A DNA stretch of 64,000 bases from Bacteriovoracaceae bacterium (GTDB taxonomy: Bacteria > Bdellovibrionota > UBA1018). The notes beneath the pieces were generated by a model. It did no database searches and was not told the DNA's origin. It saw only the letters and a list, made by a program, of their open reading frames with translations. Below are positions 27,752-36,731 of this stretch, piece after piece (position 1 is the stretch's first letter; every line of letters starts with the position of its first letter). The position numbers were made by a program, and so were the translations under genes. The stretch is taken from the NCBI GenBank assembly GCA_947447665.1, contig CANFJX010000002.1:209659-273658 (forward strand), written 5' to 3'.

Positions 27752-29080
27752 TCACATCCATTGTTGGCCTTCCCCTCGGTAAGTGGGGGTTTCTTGTATC
27801 CATTGACCATCCCGAATTAGCTGAAGAGATGAGAACCGCTCACAGAGCTCTCCTGCCTTAGGATGGCGAAAAAAGATGAGGTCCCCCAGATGGATTTGGG
27901 ACTCGTTTGGAGTTTGGTACCGGACCGGTGTTTGAACTTCTCCAGCTCCTTCGAGCGAAAGAAGCTCTAGGTTGCTCGGTAGGTAAGGCGTGGGTAGACG
28001 ATCTGATCCAGCAGAGCCCGAAGCTGGATACCCGCCTCCGTTGCAGGTGATAACACCATTTTGAGGGCGCCGTGAAACTCGCAGTGCAAAACCCAATGAG
28101 GGCTGCAGAGTTAAATCCCTAAACGAGTCAAACAGCACGGGAGCGTAAAAACCACTGCCAACAGTCACCTCGGTGATGGAAGGATCTTGTGAGGTCCAGG
28201 CAAGGCTCCCGGTACCCCCACCATTGACAAACTCTAGCTCGACGTCATGATTTCTTAAGCAAGCAACGGCTTCTTGCCGTCTCTCTAAGACTTGGGACTT
28301 CGAACGTCTTTTTAAATGCTGAACCGCCCATCCTTTGAGCGTATTGGTGAGCGTATTGGAATAAAAATCTGGGACACCCGCAAGCTGGGCTTCATAAGCC
28401 ATGAGGCCGACCCATTCCACCCTAGGCCACTGTTTTCGAAGCGCTAACAGAGCGCTCAAGTCGTCGACCGTCTTAATCGACGACCGATACACGCCGAAAT
28501 GAAGAGGTCCAAAATCAGAGGAAACATCCAAATCGATTGCAACTCGGAGATTGAGACTCTCTGAATTGGCGTAATATTGGATCAAATCTAAATGCTCAGG
28601 TCGATCAGCCATCAAGGTGATTTGAGCTCCATTTTTTACCGCTTGGGCGAGTCCACGGAAATCGGCACTCTGTGCAGTGGGATATGCCACCAAGAAATCG
28701 TTCAAGCCCTTTTCAAAAAGCCAAACTGCCTCGGGAATGCTCATCGCTAAAATACCCTTGAAAATAGGGCTTCTTTTTAAAATAGTTTCCATTACCCAGC
28801 GAGACCGTAAAGACTTGCTGCCGATTCTTATTTTTTTTGAGTGAGACTGCTGTGAGATCCAATCCATATTCTTTTCGAATGCGACCAGGTCGAGCCATGC
28901 CAATGGGGCCATTTTTGATTTGAGGGCTTGACTGTATTCTACTAATAATTTTGATTTTAGTTCTTGAGAGATTTGGATGATACCCATCTGTTCACATTGT
29001 ACCCTCCTCTTTTGTTGAGGGCGAGAGTCATGATTTTGTCGGTCATTCAGAGCTTGGTCCGGGGTTTGCATGCTGCGCAA
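27752..29080 (-). CDS. PLP-dependent protein with an alanine-racemase-like N-terminal fold (DSD1 / D-threonine aldolase-like). The true start is probably internal.
   Basis: Core from about MAPLAWLDLVAFEK resembles D-serine dehydratase-like/YhfX-family proteins. The about 55 aa of 5' extension look non-native. Confidence 0.55.
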   Translation of the reverse strand: MRSMQTPDQALNDRQNHDSRPQQKRRVQCEQMGIIQISQELKSKLLVEYSQALKSKMAPLAWLDLVAFEKNMDWISQQSHSKKIRIGSKSLRSRWVMETILKRSPIFKGILAMSIPEAVWLFEKGLNDFLVAYPTAQSADFRGLAQAVKNGAQITLMADRPEHLDLIQYYANSESLNLRVAIDLDVSSDFGPLHFGVYRSSIKTVDDLSALLALRKQWPRVEWVGLMAYEAQLAGVPDFYSNTLTNTLKGWAVQHLKRRSKSQVLERRQEAVACLRNHDVELEFVNGGGTGSLAWTSQDPSITEVTVGSGFYAPVLFDSFRDLTLQPSLGFALRVSRRPQNGVITCNGGGYPASGSAGSDRLPTPYLPSNLELLSLEGAGEVQTPVRYQTPNESQIHLGDLIFFRHPKAGELCERFSSLQLIRDGQWIQETPTYRGEGQQWM

Positions 29081-29102
29081 AGAACTTTAAAGGACGTCAA
29101 AA

Positions 29103-29912
29103 ATGAATTCAGACCCTCAAACCTGTTCTATTCCTCAGGAGTGCCAACGATCTGCTCAGTGCAGAAAGCGCGATGAAGAGCTAAAGATCCTCAAGTCGAA
29201 AATGAGTATGCTCCAATCTCGAGAGGAGCTCTGGGCGATTCTTTCGCATGAGCTAAAAAGCCCACTGACAGCACTATCTATGATGAGTGAGCTGATTGAA
29301 CGGGAAAAGGGGGAATCTGAAAAAAACACAATGACCCAACGACTTTCTCACACCATTAAAACAACCGTTCATCAAATGCTGACCCTGACGTCGGACCTCA
29401 TTGATCTAAATAAATTGGAACAGGGCCATCTCAGACTTGAGCTCTCCAAGGTATCAGTTGAGAACCTCATCGAGGCCGCCTTTACGACCCACACCTTCTC
29501 TGCGGAAGCGAAGAAGATCCAACTAGAGGCGTGCCTATCTCCTCGTCATCTTTCAGTCGTTTGTGATCCCTCCCGAATCCTCCAGGTCTTATCTAACTTA
29601 TTAGGAAATGCGATTCGGTTCTCCCCCTCAGGGGGTAAGGTCTCGGTAGAGGCCTTTGAGCAGAAAAAGGAGGTAGTCATCCGCGTCAAAGACCAAGGTC
29701 AAGGGATTGACTCCCATCAAATTCCTCATTTGTTTGAAAAATTTTGGCAAGCGAAGCACCAAAATGGCCTCGGATTTGGACTTGGCCTCTTTATCACGAA
29801 AAAAATCATCGATGCTCATGGGGGGCGAATCTGGGTAGAGAGTGCCCCGCTTCAGGGAAGTTCCTTCTACGCTAGTTTACCCAATCTGGGAGTCAGTGAG
29901 TCTCTTCAGTGA
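29103..29912 (+). CDS. Cytoplasmic sensor histidine kinase (HisKA + HATPase_c); no cognate response regulator adjacent
   Basis: H-box ILSHELKSPLTAL. N/G boxes LLGNAIRFS and GLGLGLFITKKIIDAHGG. Confidence 0.8.
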   Translation: MNSDPQTCSIPQECQRSAQCRKRDEELKILKSKMSMLQSREELWAILSHELKSPLTALSMMSELIEREKGESEKNTMTQRLSHTIKTTVHQMLTLTSDLIDLNKLEQGHLRLELSKVSVENLIEAAFTTHTFSAEAKKIQLEACLSPRHLSVVCDPSRILQVLSNLLGNAIRFSPSGGKVSVEAFEQKKEVVIRVKDQGQGIDSHQIPHLFEKFWQAKHQNGLGFGLGLFITKKIIDAHGGRIWVESAPLQGSSFYASLPNLGVSESLQ

Positions 29913-30778
29913 GTCTCTGATGAATTCGGGCTCTCCAAAGCCTTCACCGAACTAAAGTAATAGTCGCCAATGACGTGCCCTTCCTGAAATATTTGAAAGT
30001 GGTCCAATAAAGAAGTCGTAGCATTGAACTCAAAATGAACTTCATAGAAACTTTTTGGAACGGAAATCTTGACTGGTTTTTTTCTGACAAACACATCTCG
30101 CAAAGAGTCGAACTGATCGCGATTTTCTTGGAAAATAATATAGGCTAAAGTACCTAGCTGGTGTTCTAACTCAAAAATAGAGTCCGATGGCTGCAGAGTA
30201 ACCTGAGTTTTTCCAGAAAGGTGGGGTATGTATTTTACCTTACAAGTCCCAGGTGCTCCTAAGGAGAATCCACCCTCTGAACTCGACTTGACGCTCTCCA
30301 AAGATTTGCTCAGGATCCAAGCAAGAAAGTCAAATCCAGTACGATTAATCGTGAAAACCTCTCCTTCCAATGCACGGGCATCGAAAATCGACATCGAATC
30401 GCCGATCAGAGCTGAGGCAGCACTATTCGCAAAAAATCCTAGGACATTCGTGGAGCCTAGCTTGATTTTCAATTTTTCGCTCCCCGAGTACTCAACCTTC
30501 ATTCCATTATTGCGGATTCCCGTAGCTCCCGAATTCATGTACTTCATCTGAACTCGGTTTTTCGATCGCGAGACGGTTACCTCAATTTTTTCGTCATGGA
30601 GCTCTCTCCCCTGAATGTCCCATTCCTTTTTTAAAAGTACGGCCTCGTAATCAGGAAGCTTACGATTCGCTTCAATGAATTTTTCGATGCACACGATCGC
30701 CGATGGGTCCGATGCGGCCCGAGAATCAGACAAGAAACTGAAGAATAGCACAACAAATATGAAGGAGATGGGTCTCAT
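29906..30778 (-). CDS. Secreted hypothetical protein (290 aa, LolA-like / DUF-type)
   Basis: Signal peptide MRPISFIFVVLFFSFLSDSRAA. Confidence 0.5.
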   Translation of the reverse strand: MRPISFIFVVLFFSFLSDSRAASDPSAIVCIEKFIEANRKLPDYEAVLLKKEWDIQGRELHDEKIEVTVSRSKNRVQMKYMNSGATGIRNNGMKVEYSGSEKLKIKLGSTNVLGFFANSAASALIGDSMSIFDARALEGEVFTINRTGFDFLAWILSKSLESVKSSSEGGFSLGAPGTCKVKYIPHLSGKTQVTLQPSDSIFELEHQLGTLAYIIFQENRDQFDSLRDVFVRKKPVKISVPKSFYEVHFEFNATTSLLDHFQIFQEGHVIGDYYFSSVKALESPNSSETH

Positions 30779-30803
30779 AGCTTAAATTCTGTTTGATTTT
30801 CAG

Positions 30804-33206
30804 GTGCGAGTCAAGTCAGATCAAGGGATGAAAGCCACCCGTAACCGACCGATCAATCGTAGTCAGGCCTATTTCGATTGTAATGCTACTACTCCTGTAT
30901 TTTCCAAGGCAGCCAAGGCTGCTCTCGCAGTCATGCAAGAACAGTATGGGAATCCGAGTAGCTCTCATAAAATCGGACTCCAGGCTCGGCGCCTGTTAGA
31001 GTCGAGTCGAAAAACAGTAGCAAAATCTGTGGGGGCAAAACCTGAACAGATCGTTTTTACTAGCGGAGCGACCGAATCAATTCAGACCGCTATTTTTTCT
31101 TGTCTGCAATTCTGGAAGAACCATCCCAATCTCCCGGATCGGCCAAAAATTCTATTTTTATCCACTGAACACAAAGCGGTTCCAGAGGCGATTCATCATT
31201 GGGTTAAAACTCTTGAGTTGAATTACGAGCTCGTTGAGCTTCCAGTGGACTCCAACGGCCAGATCGAGTTTCAAAAATTAAAATCAGAACTCCCCAAGGC
31301 CATTCTTCTTTGTACGATGTGGGTTAATAATGAGACTGGCGTGATCCAGAAACTCGATGAGATCGAGAAGCTCCTAGTGCAGCAGAAGTCTCAAGCTCTC
31401 TGGCTCATCGACGGAGTCCAAGCACTCGGAAAATTGGACATGCACCTCAACTCCACTCGGATCGATTATGCAGTTTTCAGCGGGCATAAGATCTATGCAC
31501 CCAAAGGCATTGGATTTCTTTACTTTAAGCGGGAAGAGATCTTTCATCCTTTAATGGTGGGAGGTGGCCAGGAAAAGGGACATCGCTCGGGATCAGAAAA
31601 CCTCCCAGGAGTGGTTGGACTTGGGGTTGCGCTAGACGGCCTGAGCGATCGTGCAGGCCGGTCTCCTTTTCAGCCTTCCGCGAGGCTCTTTGAATATCGT
31701 CATCAAATTCTTACATCGCTCCGAGAATCTTTTCCTAGTGTGGTTTTAAATACCCCACTTGACTGCTCAGTCCCCACGACGATTAACTTCTCGATGCCGG
31801 GGTTTAAAAGCAGTGAACTTTTGGATGTTTTTGATTCGGTGGGCTTAAGAGTCAGCGCGGGCTCTGCCTGTACCTCTGCTTCGGCCGAGCCCAGTCACGT
31901 GCTCACAGCGATGGGCGTTCCGGACTGGAGGAGTCGATCATCTATTCGTTTGTCTTTCGGACCTCTCACGTCCCAAAAAGAAGTAGATCGAGCTTGCAAA
32001 TTACTCAAGAAGTCTGCTTCGGCGCTCTCGGATTCGGGACTTTTATCCCGCGCTGTTTCGAGGAAGACCATTTCAAACGATTTAAACGGGGTCATCCAGT
32101 TACGCTCAGGTCCGATCAATAGCTGGCTGATTTTAAATAATACGGCTAAAACCTGCATCATCATCGATCCAGTGTCATCAATTTTTGATCGAGTCACTCA
32201 GGTCGTAAGATCGCATGATTTTAAGGTTCTCGCGGTCCTCGACACCCACGACCATGCAGATCATGAAACGGCTCGACCGACTCTTCAATCTGAGCTTGTG
32301 GACCAGATCAGCTCCGAAGCTGTGTCTCTCGGATTGCTGGGTTGGCCTATGGTGGGTCGAAGTAGAACAAGAGTCCTCCTGAAAAGTGGCGATCTTGCAG
32401 ACGCTCTCATTTTAGAAACTCGAGGCGACTCGATGATCGTTCTTGCCCGAGTCGAGACCCCCGGACACACTGAAAATAGTACGACTTATTTATTTGGCTC
32501 TGCCCGAGAAGGGGCGGCTCTTCAGGTGCAAATGGCATTTTGCGGAGACTTAATTTTGAGCGGTGGGATCGGACGCTCAGACCTTGGTCCAGGCGATACA
32601 CAACAGCTTTTCTACTCTTTAGCCAAAATCAAGGAAATCACCCAAGAGAACACACTTTTTTGCTCAGCTCATGATTATGTCAATAGTTTTGCAACCACCT
32701 TTAAAAGAGAACTGAATACCAGTGAGATTCTAAGACTGACTCTCAATCCTGAAAGTCAGACAAACTTAACGTCATTTGTAAAAAATAAGAACCATCTCGA
32801 TGAAGAGCTTCGGGATCAAGGACAAAAACTACAGGCCGTTCTATGTGGGGTCACGTCTGCCCCATCGCTTGATCGGCAGTCATCGAGCTCTATTTCAATT
32901 TCTGAGCTCGATGCTTTTTTAAATCAAGTGTCTACTCCTCCCCTTCAATTGATTGATGTTAGAGAGCGACAGGAATTTATTCTATGTAAAAATTGGAAGC
33001 AATTAGGTCTTAAAGAAGCCCCGAGAAATGTCCCTCTCTCCCAGTTAGTTAATTTAATGAGCGAACTGTTAAACACCCAAGACCCTCAGCCCCGACTTCT
33101 TTTTCTTTGTCGAAGCGGAAATCGAAGTCTTCAAGCAGCTCAGGCCCTTCGGCAAATCGGCTACCTCTCAGTCTGGAGTTTAGAAGGCGGAATTTCAATT
33201 CTCTGA
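30804..33206 (+). CDS. Tri-domain fusion: class-V aminotransferase cysteine desulfurase (NifS/IscS-like), metallo-beta-lactamase fold (persulfide dioxygenase-like) and rhodanese
   Basis: Desulfurase PLP-Lys context SGHKIYAPKGIGF and active-site Cys SAGSACTSA. MBL motif LDTHDHADH. Rhodanese active-site loop CRSGNRS. 800 aa. Confidence 0.8.
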   Translation: MRVKSDQGMKATRNRPINRSQAYFDCNATTPVFSKAAKAALAVMQEQYGNPSSSHKIGLQARRLLESSRKTVAKSVGAKPEQIVFTSGATESIQTAIFSCLQFWKNHPNLPDRPKILFLSTEHKAVPEAIHHWVKTLELNYELVELPVDSNGQIEFQKLKSELPKAILLCTMWVNNETGVIQKLDEIEKLLVQQKSQALWLIDGVQALGKLDMHLNSTRIDYAVFSGHKIYAPKGIGFLYFKREEIFHPLMVGGGQEKGHRSGSENLPGVVGLGVALDGLSDRAGRSPFQPSARLFEYRHQILTSLRESFPSVVLNTPLDCSVPTTINFSMPGFKSSELLDVFDSVGLRVSAGSACTSASAEPSHVLTAMGVPDWRSRSSIRLSFGPLTSQKEVDRACKLLKKSASALSDSGLLSRAVSRKTISNDLNGVIQLRSGPINSWLILNNTAKTCIIIDPVSSIFDRVTQVVRSHDFKVLAVLDTHDHADHETARPTLQSELVDQISSEAVSLGLLGWPMVGRSRTRVLLKSGDLADALILETRGDSMIVLARVETPGHTENSTTYLFGSAREGAALQVQMAFCGDLILSGGIGRSDLGPGDTQQLFYSLAKIKEITQENTLFCSAHDYVNSFATTFKRELNTSEILRLTLNPESQTNLTSFVKNKNHLDEELRDQGQKLQAVLCGVTSAPSLDRQSSSSISISELDAFLNQVSTPPLQLIDVRERQEFILCKNWKQLGLKEAPRNVPLSQLVNLMSELLNTQDPQPRLLFLCRSGNRSLQAAQALRQIGYLSVWSLEGGISIL

Positions 33207-34478
33207 GCGCAGCGAACGATCGAGTCTCGCTAGTAAAATGAAACTGGGAACCGCGAGAAAAATCGCAATCAAGAAATAATTAGACCACCCGACCGAGTTA
33301 ACGAGCCAGCCGGCAGGAGCTCCAATGAGGGTACGACTGAGGGCCATCAAACTGGTGAGCAAGGCGAGCTGAGTCACTGTGTATTTCGGATGGCAAAGAC
33401 TCATCAAAAAAGCGGCATAGGCTGCATTACCCATCCCACTAAAGAAGTTTTCAGCAGCAATGGTGACAATCATCATCGTCATGTGATGACCCAGGTGGGC
33501 AAGAAGATAAAAGCAAGATCCAGAAATCCCCTGAAGGACCCCAAAAATCCAGAGCGAGCGCCGGATGCCCAATCGACTGAGCCAAAATCCGCCGACGAAC
33601 GTGCCTGCAAGTGTGGCGAAGATGCCAAACCCTTTTGTTACGGTTCCGATTTCTGTTCGAGTAAATCCCAAATCCATTAAGAAAGGAGTCATCATCGCTA
33701 GAGCAACCACTACGTCCAGCTTATAAAGAGTGATGAACGCCAGGATTTCAGCAGATCGCCTACGACTAAAAAACTCTCGAAAAGGCTCAATCACAGCAGA
33801 GTGAAGGTCGGGAGGCGCAATGGCCTGCCTGGTGGGCTCGGGTGCGAGGAGTGTGCTCAAGAGGCCGGCACCCAGGACAGCGGCCATGAGGAGGTAGACC
33901 CATCGCCAAGGAAGGTGATCCGAAAGAATCAGTGCGATCGAGCCTGAGAAGATCATCGCCAAACGGTACCCTAAATTAGAGATCGCAGAACCCTGGCCGT
34001 ACTCGAGAGTTTCCAATGCCTCGGTTCGATAAGCATCAATTACCATGTCCTGACTGGCTCCGCCGAGTGCGACTGAAAAGGCCAATAAACCCATGAGAAA
34101 TGGTGTCTGAGAGGGCTCACAAAATGCCATAGCAATCAGGCAAAGAACCACCCAGAGCTGAGCTAGGATAATCCACCCCCGCCTACGACCGAGAAATGGG
34201 GGGACATACCGATCCATTAATGGTGCCCAGAGAAACTTCAGCGTATACGGAAGTCCGACGAGAGAAAAAATACCGATCAAAGCATAATCTACGTGACTCG
34301 TGACCATCCAGGCTTGTAGAGTTCCACCGACAAGCGCGACTGGAAGGCCTGAGGAAAACCCAAGCAGCAAAATCGCCCAATAACGGCGGTCACTTAACCA
34401 GCTTGGCAAAATTTCCTTCCTCAGGCTCATGGCGAAACTCCTTAAGTTGAATCGTAAAATGAAGAATAGCACGAGCAC
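33195..34478 (-). CDS. ampG: AmpG-family MFS permease (muropeptide transporter-like)
   Basis: N-terminus LSDRRYWAILLLGFSSGLPVALVGGTLQAWM is typical of AmpG. 12 TM segments. Confidence 0.7.
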   Translation of the reverse strand: MLVLFFILRFNLRSFAMSLRKEILPSWLSDRRYWAILLLGFSSGLPVALVGGTLQAWMVTSHVDYALIGIFSLVGLPYTLKFLWAPLMDRYVPPFLGRRRGWIILAQLWVVLCLIAMAFCEPSQTPFLMGLLAFSVALGGASQDMVIDAYRTEALETLEYGQGSAISNLGYRLAMIFSGSIALILSDHLPWRWVYLLMAAVLGAGLLSTLLAPEPTRQAIAPPDLHSAVIEPFREFFSRRRSAEILAFITLYKLDVVVALAMMTPFLMDLGFTRTEIGTVTKGFGIFATLAGTFVGGFWLSRLGIRRSLWIFGVLQGISGSCFYLLAHLGHHMTMMIVTIAAENFFSGMGNAAYAAFLMSLCHPKYTVTQLALLTSLMALSRTLIGAPAGWLVNSVGWSNYFLIAIFLAVPSFILLARLDRSLRSEN

Positions 34479-34511
34479 GAATCATCGATCTATAAAGATC
34501 AAAAGGAAACT

Positions 34512-34829
34512 ATGACACAGCACATTAGTATGGATGACCTTCACGAACAGTTAGCCCAAATCGGGAACAAGGATCTGATCCTCGATGTTCGTACGCCGGA
34601 GGAATATGTTTCAGGTCACGTCCCCGGGAGTAAGAACATTCCTCTTGGCGAGATTGGCGGACGCCATTCAGAGCTTCATGGCTTTGATAAAATTTTTGTG
34701 TACTGCCAAGCTGGGCGAAGATCTCAAGTGGCTGCCATGACCCTAGAGAGTCTAGGCTTTAAAAATATTATTTGTATCTCCACGTTTGGGATGGGTCACT
34801 GGATTGCCTCAGGATTTCCAGTAGAATAG
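34512..34829 (+). CDS. Single-domain rhodanese sulfurtransferase
   Basis: 105 aa. Active-site loop YCQAGRRS. Confidence 0.8.
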   Translation: MTQHISMDDLHEQLAQIGNKDLILDVRTPEEYVSGHVPGSKNIPLGEIGGRHSELHGFDKIFVYCQAGRRSQVAAMTLESLGFKNIICISTFGMGHWIASGFPVE

Positions 34830-34904
34830 TAGATTTGTAATTATTCTGTACAATCTAAATCACCCCATGATAAACCGCTCATATAAGTATCTGGGGGGAT
34901 ATTT

Positions 34905-36731
34905 ATGCATATGGGGAGAGGGTGGCTTGGTTTTACTATAATTTTTGTTTTTCACTCTTTTTTCGGAACAATCGGGAATGCTGCGAGTAAAAAACCAAGA
35001 TTAATTACTGAGTTTGCTGATTTCACTCCTGGACAAAAAGAAGATCAAGTTCGATCAAAAATTGAGTTTCTAGATGGCGGACAAACCCGAAAGATCAGTA
35101 TCGCTGATCTTTCGGTTCCAGACGCGGTGAGCGGTTGCCCCGTTGACACCATGCCGATGGAGCTTTCGCTCATGATTTCTCAACTCACTAATAAAGTGGG
35201 TGCTCTGGTTCAAAAAATGGCTGATGATCAAGCGGATCATTGCTCCGCCCTCAGCTCTCGGCTGAAGGCCACCCAAAGTCAGGTAGGCACAGCGTTTCAA
35301 TATCGACTCGTTGCGGGTGGTCCCATTACTTCAGGTGCTAGCCAGGACATAATCAACCAACAGACTCAGCAGGCCAGTGCAGTCAATCAAATGATCCTCA
35401 CTACTTCTGACATTCTTCAAAACTGCGTGTCTCGAGAAACTTTAGGAGATCAGCAGGTCATCCAAAAGCTGATAGCTCAAATTGTGACGTTGACTGGGCT
35501 TTTTATGGGGGGATGGCAAGGTATCGCAATCGCTACAGGCGGACAGATTATCGGAGCCATTCCGTTGTTTACGGGAGATCTTGAAAATGCTCTGAAGCAG
35601 TTTAAGCGCTTCGATCAGATGGGCGAACGAGGGTCTTTTTTGTGCTATCTCAGGCAAATCCGAAAAACCTCTTGTCTCCTTTTTGCAAATGAAGATGATC
35701 AATTTATTAATGGTCTAGATCTTTCATTTAATACAGGACCAGTTCATACGACGATTGAGTCGATTGAAAAATTTAAGAAAGAAGCACCTCAAGCTGTCAG
35801 TGATCTTGAGATGCTTCGGAAAATAAAAGCTCAGAGTGATGATTTTATGACCACATTCACTCAAATCGAGGCTCAGGCTAATCGAGTCAATAACCCAAAC
35901 TTATCTCCTCTCCTCAAGGCTACCTTAGACCAAATGAACGCATTTTGTCATGAGGTGGCGCCGCTTCACGATCTGAGCGATCCAAGGATTTTCAACGAAG
36001 TCATTCAAACAGAAATTCGTGAGATGAGTAAAGTTTGTTCTCATGAAACTCAGCTGATTTCTCTCTCGTTTAGTCAGATATCAAATTTTTATTGGCAAAT
36101 CTATTCGCTGAGCTCTTTTTATCAAGAGATCATTAAAGACGAATCGACTGAAATTGGAAAAATCGGACGAACCATTGAATCGATGAAGTACTTCGAGGGA
36201 CTTAAGAAATCTGTCACACAATACGCAGATTCAAACGCAGGAAATCAGAACCGAATGCAATTTCTTGATCTCAGTCGTCAATTGAGTAAAAAGCTTGGAG
36301 TGAGTACTTTTAAAAAGTTATTCAAAGATGATTTTGAAAAATTTTTACGGTCTGAATCTATGATTCAGGGGTGCTATTATAGTGATGCTGCTCATGAGCC
36401 TAGCGAACACGGCGATGTGCGGGGTCGAGCCCTGCGAGCGATGATTGATCTCTGCATGACTTTTGATCCGACTTTGACTTGCATGGACGTAGGTAATCCT
36501 AAAAAGGATCCCCTTTTCAAAACCTGGATTCAGCACTGTGTAGGTCCAGAATCTAATCTCTGCCGAGATTCCCTCAGGCGGCGTGAGAGAGCCATTTTCT
36601 TAAAGGACCAGCGCTATCGAACCTACTTTGATTCACTCTGTGGCCCTGAGGAAAAAATTGAACCAGACCTAAGGCTACCGCCCGGCCTACCTAATCAGGA
36701 GAGTGCTCCGGGGGCAATTCACGCAGGCTAA
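34905..36731 (+). CDS. Secreted hypothetical protein (608 aa)
   Basis: Hydrophobic N-terminus GWLGFTIIFVFHSFFGTIGNA. Largely helical. Its 3' end overlaps the recombinase gene convergently by 41 nt. Confidence 0.5.
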   Translation: MHMGRGWLGFTIIFVFHSFFGTIGNAASKKPRLITEFADFTPGQKEDQVRSKIEFLDGGQTRKISIADLSVPDAVSGCPVDTMPMELSLMISQLTNKVGALVQKMADDQADHCSALSSRLKATQSQVGTAFQYRLVAGGPITSGASQDIINQQTQQASAVNQMILTTSDILQNCVSRETLGDQQVIQKLIAQIVTLTGLFMGGWQGIAIATGGQIIGAIPLFTGDLENALKQFKRFDQMGERGSFLCYLRQIRKTSCLLFANEDDQFINGLDLSFNTGPVHTTIESIEKFKKEAPQAVSDLEMLRKIKAQSDDFMTTFTQIEAQANRVNNPNLSPLLKATLDQMNAFCHEVAPLHDLSDPRIFNEVIQTEIREMSKVCSHETQLISLSFSQISNFYWQIYSLSSFYQEIIKDESTEIGKIGRTIESMKYFEGLKKSVTQYADSNAGNQNRMQFLDLSRQLSKKLGVSTFKKLFKDDFEKFLRSESMIQGCYYSDAAHEPSEHGDVRGRALRAMIDLCMTFDPTLTCMDVGNPKKDPLFKTWIQHCVGPESNLCRDSLRRRERAIFLKDQRYRTYFDSLCGPEEKIEPDLRLPPGLPNQESAPGAIHAG

